This document shows, in pieces, positions 50,631-62,096 of a DNA stretch of 62,096 bases. The position numbers and the translations under genes were made by a program. The stretch is from Trichosphaerium sp. ATCC 40318 (lineage: Eukaryota > Protista > Tubulinea), in NCBI GenBank assembly GCA_038496445.1, contig JALMLS010000358.1:1-62096 (forward strand), given 5' to 3'. The notes under the pieces were generated by a model. That model was given only the letters and a program-made list of their open reading frames with translations. It did no database searches and was not told the DNA's origin. How positions within the stretch are numbered: position 1 is the first letter of the stretch; each line of letters begins with the position of its first letter.

Positions 50631-53404
50631 ATGAAACCGAAATTCTTGGCGTCAGAGGAAGAACTAGACACAGGTACGCTTACTCAAGGTAGGTACAGTA
50701 TTAAGTACACAAAAAAAACAGGGTTGCAAAAATTGGCAAAAGAATTGCCTAACGTACCTGCAGACCAAGCTGGTCGCATAAGCGCAATGATTGGATCCAT
50801 TCTTGAACAGGTAGTGTACCGAAATGCCAAACTTTTGAAAAAAATTTATCTCCGATCGTCCTCCTTCTGTCAGATGTGACAAAAACGAAACTACTCCATT
50901 CACAATATAAATTACTTTACATACTAACCGTATGCTTATCTTAGGCAGGTTCAAACAGCCATGTTATCGAGCCATTGTTAGAAAGGTTCGAAAAGGAAGT
51001 ACCATCTGTATTGCGCTATGCTTCCCTTTGTCGTCGGGATTTTAAAGATTCATATCTCACTGCTCGCAATGCTGAGGTAAAGTCAGATATACCCAAAGAC
51101 CTTGTTAAACCAGTAAACACACCGTCTGAGTGCACAGGTAATTTTCCTTTTCTTACCAATCACACATTTTACCAAACTATGCCCAAACGGTTTTTTTATT
51201 TTTATTGACAATCACGTGTTTTTAGATGCTGAACAAGCGGCTTGGAGAGGTTTCGATCAAATGGCTTTGACACTCTTAAAAATATGCGAGATCGAGCCTA
51301 AAGGTACATACAGCGCTACGTTGATGGTTTGTATGCTAATGAAGGTCAGTGCGAGCGCGTCTACGAAAGAATAAAGCTATTATTAGTTCTATTCCACAGC
51401 TACTAGCGTATCATCGACGCACATATTTTTTGTGTCGTATGGCATTCGGCTATGACGGCACGCTTAACGTGCTCGTACCGTCAAAAGATGATACTAGCGT
51501 CGGCTTTCGTTTTAAAGTATCGGGTCTTAACTCCGTCGTGCAGTTACACGTGCTGCTTGTAAAGGCACTTCAAGAGCATACAGACGTGCTAGAAGGTAAG
51601 GAACAGCCACTATCTAGTATTAGTACTTCCATTTATCTGCTTCTTAATTGTTGTTATACATAGGCTCCGAACCGTTATCAACACGTGCCATAGGTATCTT
51701 TGAACTTTTTTACCTTATGTGTAGCTAAATATTAACAAAAATTGTAGGTGTAGCTTCTGGTACAATGCCAGTGTCTCGAACAGCTACTTTTTCACCTTTG
51801 TTCGCCATTCGAAATCTTCACACATTATCTGCCGTTCATCCTGACGCCTTATTAACGAGTCTATCTACACACAATGACGAACTCGTATGCGTGTTGACTA
51901 GGCCAGAAACACAAAAGACAGTAACGTCTTACCGCTATTTCCCAGACATGAAAGCAACTGTTGAATTTGTCATTAAGATTGACGAATCGCAAGTTAACAC
52001 CTTGCGACAACTAACAAAGGATAAAAACAGAATAGCTACTTTGCTATCCTCCACATTACTCAACGCGTCATCACAAGCATCAAAGTCTCTTAAAGACATT
52101 CTAGCTACAGCAAAGACCATAAAAGATGAAGTACTCACATGTTTCAACTTTACTTCTCTGACACATTTTAAGGGCAACGCTTTCTTCGCTGCTGGCACAT
52201 ACGAAGATGCTATAAATAAGTACCTAGAGGCAGCTGGACTTCTAGTAAACAATAAAGAAATACTGGATAACCCAGAGATACTCAAGGATTCACTATTCCC
52301 TTGCTGGACTAACGCAGCATTGTGCTTCCTAAGACAAAAGCAGTACGCTGATGGTATTGTGCTATGCACAAACATACTCGAGATAGACGCTACCCACGCT
52401 AAGGTACGGTTGATTACTTCCGATAGTAGCTCATATTTATGTTTTAGGCTTTATACTTCCGTGGCAAAGGTGCGCCACTTTAGCATTCAGAATCCTACAT
52501 TGAGACAAACGACTTACTTTTAACTAGCTTATTGGGGAGAAGGACAACTCGCTAAAGCAGTTCAGGTACTACTCGTAGCTTAGTTGTTTTATGAGCGCTT
52601 ACAGTAGTCCTTAGGATCTAACGAATGCACATCACAGCAAACCTGAGTCTAAGGATATCAAGAAAGCCTTGGAAGATGTTTGCATGCAAGTAAAGTTTAG
52701 TGGCATACAGGTCATTGAGACTTTGATTGCTACAGCATCTAAAAAACTTGGAGATGGTGACACAGTTGGTGCACAACAAGACCTGGTACTATTATCATCG
52801 GTTACGGTTTTCGTTAACTCTCTGTTGCAGGTGCAAGCCGGTATAATGGCAAAAACTGGAGGTCACAAATTATACGAAAGTCGATCTCTTTCACTACTGA
52901 GCATGATTGATAAGAAGGACGGCAACATAGATCTAGCAGAGAATAAACTCTTGTCTGCTATTCGTCTCGCAAAAGAAGCGAATGAAGATATATTATACTT
53001 AAGTTGTAAAGCAGACCTAGGTAAGCACCCCTTTGCTCTTCTCAGTTTGCTTATTTTATTCTCAACAGGTGAACTTTACTCGTCTCAAAAAGAGTACGAC
53101 AAGGCTATAGAAGTGCTCACCGCGTGTATAAACGAAGGAGTTAAATCTAACAACGAATGGATTCTAGGTTCGCCTTCAAGGACTACCGTCTAAATTATAC
53201 TCACTATGAATAGGTGTGGCTTGCTTTACACTTGGAGACGCACTTGAAAAGAACGGTGATACAGTTGGAGCGAAATTGAATTTTGAGCAGTCACTCAAGC
53301 TATCCACGCGTGTACAAGACGATGACATGATAAAAGCAGCGTCAGAGCGAGTAGAAGCTCTGCGTACACAACCTGTCATTACGCTAGACAATAAAAAAAA
53401 ATAA
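50631..53404 (+). CDS. Protein with an uncharacterised N-terminal domain and C-terminal TPR repeats; multi-exon
   Basis: Hsp90-cochaperone-type TPR KDE|GNAFFAAGTYEDAINKY...NAALCFLRQKQY...LEIDATHAK; further TPRs to the C-terminus. Confidence 0.75.
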
Positions 53405-53516
53405 ACGTGCTCTTTCGGCGTGTTGATAGATCACACTAAAGGTGTAGTTAAGCCCTACTTCGAGCGTGACATCACATTTTTTTTACAAAATAATACGGTT
53501 ATAACAACGAACAAGC

Positions 53517-56500
53517 ATGTCGCCGCACGTACTTCTTGCGGTTGTGGCGTTACTGTCTGTTATTAGCGTGGTTGACGCCGATCAAAAAACGTTTGATTGT
53601 CCTATGCGCCAAATGGCTCTAAATTATGCCATGAAGGTACCACATATTTTATAGCGTTAAAACAACTGACAAAATAAAGGTACAACCATTTCGTACAAAA
53701 GAAAACTTTCAAGAGATCGCAGACGCTCTAAACGGCGCTCAAGAGGCCCAAAACTGTAAAGTTCAAGTACGCTGTTGGCCAACTTTCGCCTCAAACCGTT
53801 AACGACCTTAAACCGCTATTAACACCCACAACAGGTACCAAATGACTTTGTTGGCGGTTCCCGTATCCCCTCTTTTCCAATTCCAAACGCTGAAACTTAC
53901 TATGTGGATGCTGCACGCGGTAAGTGGTTGTACTAAAGCGGAAAAACGGCTAAATCTGCCTAAAAACAGGTAGCGACTCTAACCCTGGAACTATCAGCAG
54001 ACCTTTCCAAACGATTCACAAAGCTATTGAGGCTCCTTCTTCTTATTCAGGAGCAGTCATCGTGTTACGAAAGGGTACTTTCTATTTGAGTAGGTACGAA
54101 AAAGTAACATGAAATGTCATTTTGCTTTAAAAAGCAACGCGAAAACTCAACGTGTTATTCCTTCCTACACGCGTGAATCGCTTTCCATTTGTTTTCTCCA
54201 TTTATCCTGCTAACGAAGTTAAAGCACAATAACGTTGACACCAAAGTACAATGGATTGACGATACAAAACTATCCTAACGAAGAAGTGAGTTTTTTATCA
54301 CGTGATGGTTTATTTTTCAAAAATTTACTCAATCGTTTAGGTATGGATTAGCGGTGCTAGGTTAATCAAACCAGATTGGAAACCATACAAAGTGTCTAAC
54401 AAGAAGACAGTTATGTTGGAAAACAATCAAAACAACGTATGGGACGAAGCTCACTCACAAACAAACACCTCCACCATCATGTACGGTTTTCGCTTCTTTT
54501 TCTTTTTTTGACTGTCTTGTAGATACTTGGGAAGCTTTGACACGACGGAAGAATGTCAGGCAAAGTGCTTAGCATGGAGCGAGTACGTCTCAAAATCCTA
54601 AACCACTTAGTAAACATTTTAAAGATGTAAATCGTTCACATTCCATACACCATCCCTTACAAGCGAGTGGAGAAGACAGTGCTTCGGTAGAATTGATGGT
54701 GAGTGCTTAAACATTTTCAGCTTTAAACTTACGCTATGTTAGCTGCATGGAGCCCTCACGCTCAAACTGGTATTAACAGCGGTCTTGTGAAAGGCACTGA
54801 AAATATTTACGTCACAGAGTTGAGGTACACAATTGGTAGTGTTATTGCGTTGCAACTAACTCGTATCAGTGATGTCACGAATGTCCTAGGTTTAAGAATA
54901 AACACTCAAAGATCTATTCGCGCTCGGTACCCTAACGCCAATCCAGGTACGAATAACAGACTATGATGATGTGTGACTCACGTTTTTTTTTGTTAGAATT
55001 CGGATTTGGCTCCAAGTTGACTGCTAACTCATGGCTAAAACCAAACTTGCCTTCAAACCCAAAGGAAGCCATCTACCCTAAAACGCCTCTCCGTAACACT
55101 TCGTTCGAGTTCCAACGCTACCAGCTTGGTATCGGAGGCCCTTGCGAACATTTTACTCCTCCTGCAGGTTATTGGTGTGGTAACAACACCTCTGGCGGTG
55201 GAGCTTTCACTTACAAGTACCCACCTATATGACCTGTTTATAATGCTTTACGCACTGACCAAGACCGTAGGATCCCAACTGGCATGGTTGCTGATAAATC
55301 AAAGTTACCTAATTCACCATACAAGAATGCTATTGGTGCAATAATCCAAGCATGGCGTCCGGGACATTGGGCATCGTGGATGTTTGAAGTACCCTCAGTT
55401 TTGAACACGTATTAGCTATTAACATCTAATGCTCTAGGTTGGTAGTTATGTTGCATCCTCTGGCACATTTACCTTTTCAAAGGGTGGTTTCCAAGGCGCG
55501 AGAGGAAGTGATAAAGGCGATGAATTTTACATTGAAAACGTTTTCGAAGAGTTAGATAGCGAGAATGAGTGGTTCTTTGATACTCAAACGAAAATGTTGT
55601 ATCTTTGGTACAACGGAACAGGCATGCCACCTGCAGATACATTATTCGAGGTCACCAACTTAAAGGTACTTCAGAACCACAAAAACATGGATATTAACCG
55701 CATATAGACACTCTTCAACTACCAAGGAACACAATCCAGTCCTGTAAAGGATATTACCTTCAGAGGCGTTGGTTTCAAAGATAGCGCATATACTTACCTT
55801 GATCCTCATGGTATGCCATCTGGAGGTGATTGGGGTCTTCAACGCTTCGGTGCTCTCTTTTTTGAAGGCACTGAAAAGTGCGAGATTGATTCGTGCGTCT
55901 TCTCCAGGATTGATGGTAATGCTATCATGATATCTGGATATAACAGGAACACAACCATTCAACGCAACGAATTCAAATGGATTGGTGATACAGCTATAGC
56001 CTCTTGGGGTGATGCTAAAGGTAAGGCCTCGAATTCTTTCTTTTACCGGTAAACATAACTGATCGTGGAAAGGTACCCTTTACAACATGGGTTGGGATGG
56101 TACAGGTGGCGAACAGCCTCGATTCAATACAATCAAGGACAATTTGGCGCACGAACTTGGTATCTGGGTGCGTCTTTCTGAGTTATCAGTGTTTTTTTGT
56201 ACGCATTATTAACTTGATTTTTAATTAATTAGGAAAAACAATCTTCATTCTACTTCCAAGCAAAGACATGTCAAACACTTTTGGAAGGAAATATCTTCTA
56301 CAACGGACCACGTGCTGGTATTAACTTCAATGACGGATTCGGTGGAGGAAGTACACTTTCTACAAACATCCTTTTCAACGCATGTCGCGAATCTGGAGAT
56401 CACGTGCGCAAAACAATACAACTAATCTTGCTTTTTTGACTCACGTTTGATAGGGTCCATTTAACAGCTGGGATCGCCAAGTGAGTTCCTGAAGGACTCC

Positions 56501-57244
56501 CCTTTTTTTCTAAACTCATATCGTATTTTAGGTGTATGTCACAAAGGTTAGATCTGGTACAGCAAGCACAATAAAGCAGTGGGACGAGATTATGAAGAAC
56601 TTTATCATCGCAAATTACAACAGGTATGCATCTTGGGATCCTTCAAACGTTTCATTTGTTAGCTAAGCTAACGACAATTTCTAGCCAAGAAGCTATTGAT
56701 AACGATGACGGTTCATGCTACTACAAAACCCACGACAACTTTTTTGCATACAGCGGAAACGGCATGAAGGTACGTACAAAAAGAATAATGCCGTGTATTA
56801 AACCTCCACTTCAGAACGATTTTGGAGGACACGATAACCGCCATTACAACAACGTCTACGCTTATGTTGGCAAAGGTTTCAGTATCTCTAAGCAACTTGA
56901 AGGACATGAAGATTACTTCTACAACGTACCCTACGCCGGCTAATGCATTCAAACTTTCTAACCACAATCTCTAGAATTACCTTGTGATGACAAGGGACGG
57001 TGATTATGGTAATCCTCAATGCTCTGCACCTAAGACTGTTGTTCATGACAACAAGGTCTTTACACCAAACGCTAAGGTAAAATCTGAGTAGAGTCATCCT
57101 CCGCTAACAAGGATGTAGGTAGAGGAATGTGGTATGTCCCTTGAAGACTATCAGAAAAAGGGAGGTGATCCAGGTACTACGGCTGCAAAAACCCCTCCTG
57201 ACGCCGACTTGTTGCAACAAATATCCAAGACTTTGGGCATCTGA
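53517..57244 (+). CDS. Secreted right-handed parallel beta-helix (pectin-lyase-like) protein with PAN/apple-like insert; about 20 introns
   Basis: Signal peptide; GSDSNPGTISRPFQTI; RARYPN; ENVFEELDSENEW; GPRAGINFNDGFGGG; RESGDHGPFNSWDRQ; AIDNDDGS; ECQAKC...CKSFTF. Confidence 0.82.
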
Positions 57245-57514
57245 ATGTTGAACAAAAGATCCTTAAATAAACATTCCTTCAACTCAATTGTTTGTAACTG
57301 GTTTTATGTGCACGTGTTGTACGAGAAACTAAAGAGAAGATACATGATAAAGGAATTACCCACCTCTTGATGTTGGTACAACGTTTGAAGCAAGGGCGGC
57401 TTAAACAAATGTCTCGTTAAGCGTGAACGTGTCTGTAACGTTACAAACTGCCACCAGCGCCCAGTATTCATAACCCTAATGCGCGTTAATGGTACAAAGA
57501 CGGTTTTTATTGAC

Positions 57515-60281
57515 TTAGTCGCGTGATAAAGGCCATGTGGCTAAAACAACAAAAACCAAGCTTATACGCACGCGATAGCAACAAAATTGATCTTTTTATG
57601 AATAGGGCGAGTGTTAAAGCACTCAAACACAGTTCGATTGAGATCGACGCAACCTAAAGCGAGAGCGAGTGTCAGTGACTGGATTAAAAGGGTATTTGGT
57701 GTTTTTTATTTGGACTTAAATTAAACGGTACATTCCCATGTGACAATAACCGAGAAATAATTAGTTTGATAACTCCGCTGGTCCTACAACACCTGTACTC
57801 GCGCATAGTACAAAACCAAGAATAAAAAAATTGGAATTACTCGGGACTAAAACGAGACAACAGTTGAAGACGAGGAGTGTATCAAATAGGGAGTTAATTT
57901 CAAAAAAACCAGAAGAACCTAAAAAAAAACCAAATAACACAAAAACCAGAGTGTTATCGAAGTCCAAGTTCAAGAGCCTAGCAGCTTTTGGTACTAGTAA
58001 TGTTGATTATGTCATAAAGGAGGAGCACTTGCTTGCTGCCGAAGGTAACAATTGACAAAAAGAAAATTCTTCAATGTTTTTCATTTGTTTTTTTTTCCTT
58101 CGAATTTTGACAAACTGTTTTAGATGTGGTTGGTTCTCGCTGTGTATTCGTAGATTACAATCAATTTAAACCATTTTACTTAAATGAGAGCGTAAATATT
58201 ATAATTCGATCACGTGATCTTTACCGTCGTGATATCAAAGTCGGTGGCGCCAAATTTTTCTGCACGTCAAAAGGCAAGCGCAAAAAGTAACTATGTTTTT
58301 ATACCTAATGTCAAGTCAAGTTGATAACGCCCATGGAGGACATAAAAGTCAACACGCAGTGAAAGACAATGGCGATGGTACTTACACTATAGGCTGGACC
58401 CCCAATAAAGTTGGAGCCCATACTATTAGCATACGAAAAGACAACGAGCCCATTGCCGATTCACCCTTTAAGGTCACAGTTAAAAAAGGTACATCACTAA
58501 AAACAAAACAAAGCATACTCACCTTCGCCTTTGTTTAGTGCCTGTTTCATTCAGTGATGCTTCTTCATTTGTCTGCACTGTCCAAGGTCAAGGTACAAAA
58601 CACGGCACTCTTAATGTAAAGAGCCAGTTCCACGTGTACATCGAAACAAACAACGGAGAGCCTATTGACATGGACATGGAGGAATTCGACGTTGAAATAC
58701 TGCCACCTACCAATGTTCCAATCAAACCACAAATTACTGTGAGTCCCTTATCACAACCACTGATTATTCACTTATAATCATAGGGATCTAAGGGGTTTTA
58801 CACAATAGAGTACATGCCCAAAATCATTGGTAGTCACACAGTTGATGTACTTTTGTTTGATTCCTCTGTTCTTCGGAAAAAGCTTAAAGTACCAATTTAC
58901 TGGCCACCTGATGCAACCAAGTCCATGGCACATGGTTCAGGGCTTAAAAAAGGGGTTTGTGGTGATCCAGGTTAGGCTTTTCTGTTTTTTGTTTGTTGTT
59001 GGGTTGAAGAAAATGCTCACGTGTATTTAGTGTCGTTTCATATAACATCTTTTGACAAGCACGTTATTCAAAGACCTGTTGGTGGAGATAAATTTGATGT
59101 ATCTGTGTCTGGTCCAGAGTCGCATATAAACGTTGACATTCAAGACAAGAGAGATGGTAGATACGTCGTAACGTATTACCCAATGAAGGTACACAACTTT
59201 AAATAAACGTCAAGAGGTCTCATGTCTGCTTTCAGCCAGGTGATTACACAATCGACGTAAAACTGGGTGATGCTCACCTTTCAGGGTCTCCATTCACAAG
59301 TAAAGTAGAAAGTACGATTCCAGTTTCTCAACCTACACCCAATCTTTCTACTAACCATCTTTTGAAGCCATGTTTCTTAAATATAAACTAGAAGGTACTG
59401 GGTTAAAAGGTGGTATCAAAAACACTATGGTATCATTTTTTGTACACATTGAAAACGACCAAGGTAAGAAAGGCTCTCAAAAGTCTTGGGAAAAGAAAAT
59501 TTACAATACTCATGTATTGTTTTTAGGTGCTGTTAAGATCCCTGCAACTGTTTTTGACGTCACCATTACCGATGAAAAAGGTAATAACCAAGTCATATCC
59601 ATTATTGTACTTATCTTTACTTTAGGGACAGAGGTGGACAACAGAGTAGTCGGAAGAGAAGGCATTTTTTTTAACCTTGTTTTTTCATAATTCACATTTT
59701 ATGTATAGGGTCGTACCTTGTTGAGTATATTCCCCACGTGACTGGCATGCACACTATAGATATTGCTATTTTAGGGAATTCAATATTACAAGGTGATTTG
59801 ATAAAGAGCTTTATAGACGTACCACCAGACGAAACAAAAACAACAGTAGATGGAATGGGCCTATTTGTTGCATTCGTAGGTCAGGAAGCATCCTTCAAAA
59901 TAATTGCTCGGGATCGTAATGGTAAACGAAGGTCCGTCTTGCAGAATTCGCATTTACATACTAAATACCAATCAGGCGTGGTGGTGGAGATCCATTTGTA
60001 GCTGAAGTGAATGGACCAGGTACAACATGTTTAGAACCGAGATTTGTTAACATATGATGTTAGACGGGGCTGACACCTCCATGAAGATGAAGGATAACAA
60101 CAATGGAACGTACACGGTGACATACACACCAAGTAAGGCTGGACCACATGATATAACTGTATCATTCTTCCATAAAGAGCCTCCTGTGCGTTGTTTTAAC
60201 TTGCTTTCAGTAAATTCACTTTTTTTTAAGGTACAAATTTTTAAGAACTCGACGCTTGTGCTTGAGGCTTGCACCAAATAA
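57515..60281 (+). CDS. Filamin/ABP280 Ig-like repeat protein; start uncertain; multi-exon
   Basis: VKDNGDGTYTIGWTPNKVGAHTISI...PIADSPF, GGDKFDVSVSGP, DKRDGRYVVTYYP, DNNNGTYTVTYTPSKAGPH. Confidence 0.82.
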
Positions 60282-60481
60282 ACGCACCTACAACCCAAGA
60301 ACTATAAATAATGTACAGCAATCAAAAATTAAAATAAAAAAACCAATAGCTAAAATGCAAGAAAACAATAAGAAAACTATTCAACATACATTGCGCGTCC
60401 ACCAAAAAAAAATGTCAAAAATCTTATTTTCTTTTGTTGAAATCCAATTTTTTTATCTTCGGTCAAACACCGTCGAAAACA

Positions 60482-61925
60482 ATGTTGGGACATCTACAAC
60501 GTACAAGGTGCTATGTACAACGACAGAGAACACCAACGAGGGGTGTTTCGTTTAACGAGCGCTGTCGACGTTACACTCAATCTGTTACGCCTCCATTTCA
60601 TGTTATTTCGCGTAACAACAACAAATTAGCGCCAAGTACGTTAAACTAGTATTTTTTACCCAATCGCATGCCAAAACTCCTCAACTGCAGACGTTAAGAC
60701 TTGTGTCGTACTTCACGGACTCCTTGGACAAGGCAGAAACTGGCTATCGTTTGTTAAAGCTATGCAGAAGCAACACGACAATGTGCAATACATTATACCG
60801 GATCTCAGATGCCACGGAAAGAGCGCTGACAAGGTTCGTTTCACGAATTCAAAAAGCACGTGACAAGGAATAAGTGCGAACAATAGGTTATTGCTGGTCC
60901 CCACACCATTGACTCGGCAGCTGTGGATCTAATTCACTTATTTCGCGACTTGCCAACTAGCATAAAACCAAATTATGTGTGGTACTAATTCAAATTTTGC
61001 TTGCAAGCGTTACCACTTTTTTTTTCTAATGTCACTACACCAGCGGCCATTCCTTTGGCGGGAAAGTTGCTGCCAGATTTACAGAAATAGTTCCAGATAC
61101 TATGACACCTGAGCAGGCACGTGCCAGCTTTAATTTCACTGGTTTTTTTTGATTTTGAAAACAACGCGCTAACATTACTGTGTTAGACTTGGATTCTTGA
61201 CACAATGCCTGGTAAAGCAACCAAATCACTCCAGGACAGTGGGGGCAATGCCTCATTTGTAGAGATATTGGGTGTCATCAAAAGCATGGCGGGACCATTC
61301 CCCTCTAGAAAACACGTAGAACAGAATCTTATTGGTCAAGGTTTCTCAAAGGGTCTAGCAATGTGGCTTACAACTAATCTAAAGTGCGTTGCTCACAATG
61401 ATACTAAGTACCTTGGTCTTTTGTGTCAACCAAACGTCAATGACTACTGTACTGACATTTAAAAAAATACAGACAAAGCAATACAAAAGAAAAGTGGGTG
61501 GAGTGGAGGTTAAACACAGACCACATCGAAGAGTTGTACCAAAGTTACTTAGGTATCTCAAAAGACATAACAAATAATAGAGCGCAGCTAACAAATCTAT
61601 CAAGATACGGACATTTGGGACTATTTGGAAAACCCTCCTGCAGGAAACTCCGTTCAATACGTCATTGCTGACAAGTCTTCCAGATGGTACTAGTCAATAC
61701 ACCAACTGCGCACCTGTCTTATTATTGTTGAATAGGACTGATGAACTGAAACAGCGCATGGATGTTACAACACAAAAAAGCGAAAAGACAAATGCACATA
61801 TTCTCAAAAATAGCGGCCATTGGGTGCACATAGATAATCCAAAGGGCTTGCTTAGCTTAGTTGGCATATTCCTTGGTAATCCAGAATCTACAGACGATCA
61901 GTACAGTGACGGAAAACTTATTTGA
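60482..61925 (+). CDS. Alpha/beta hydrolase (ABHD11-like) with mitochondrial-presequence-like N-terminus; multi-exon
   Basis: LHGLLGQGRNW, PDLRCHGKS, nucleophile GHSFGGKV, WLTTNL, SGHWVHIDNP. Confidence 0.88.
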
Positions 61926-62096
61926 AAACAAATAAAGAATTAAAATTAATAAATAAATCTAAATGTCAATGCCACCATAACAACCAAAGCCAATAGCCAA
62001 AAAGACAAGTATTATTATTATTTACAACGTTGAATAAATGTGACAGGTATTTCTGGAGGGGTGATTACGTAGTGAATTCCACGAGTTGGGTTTTTT

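Noticed and set aside
58274-58320. Possible GC donor in the filamin-repeat gene
   Set aside because: A short canonical GT-AG alternative (58287-58315) also keeps frame, so it is ambiguous and not counted
1-62096. Alternative genetic code or stop-codon readthrough as the cause of fragmented ORFs
   Set aside because: Where I spliced the conserved genes (TOR, AP3B, RpiB, TMTC), the stops fall inside short GT/GC-AG introns; TAA, TAG and TGA all serve as real terminators
1-62096. tRNA, rRNA, telomeric repeats, intact transposase or reverse transcriptase
   Set aside because: None recognised by eye; a covariance-model and TE-library search would be needed to exclude them

Overview
A gene-dense window from a eukaryote, most likely a protist. 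It has roughly 40% GC by eye, standard genetic code and no obvious CpG depletion. It holds about 25 protein-coding genes, many separated by only 85-300 bp and split by roughly 200+ short spliceosomal introns (mostly about 40-60 nt). Donors are unusually often GTAC/GTGC, several are GC-AG, branch points are CTAAC/CTAAT-like, and acceptors are frequently AAG. Recognisable genes: RBM25, an SLC35E/TPT transporter, a PAP2 lipid phosphatase, AP-3 beta, a ZupT-like ZIP transporter, bacterial-type RpiB, PIGV, TOR, gamma-glutamyl hydrolase, TMTC, a tandem X8 protein, a Costars-like protein, RING-TPR, RGS, a secreted beta-helix protein, a filamin-repeat protein and an ABHD11-like hydrolase. The most unusual signals are: (1) three paralogs of an uncharacterised Trp-rich ~65-aa repeat family whose introns recur at the same positions in the repeat; (2) about 66 copies of the palindrome CACGTG versus about 10 expected; (3) an atypical splice-site code, including a candidate U12-type intron; (4) an intronless, doubly frameshifted F-box/LRR gene. 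All gene models were spliced by eye, and the ends of the poorly conserved genes are approximate.
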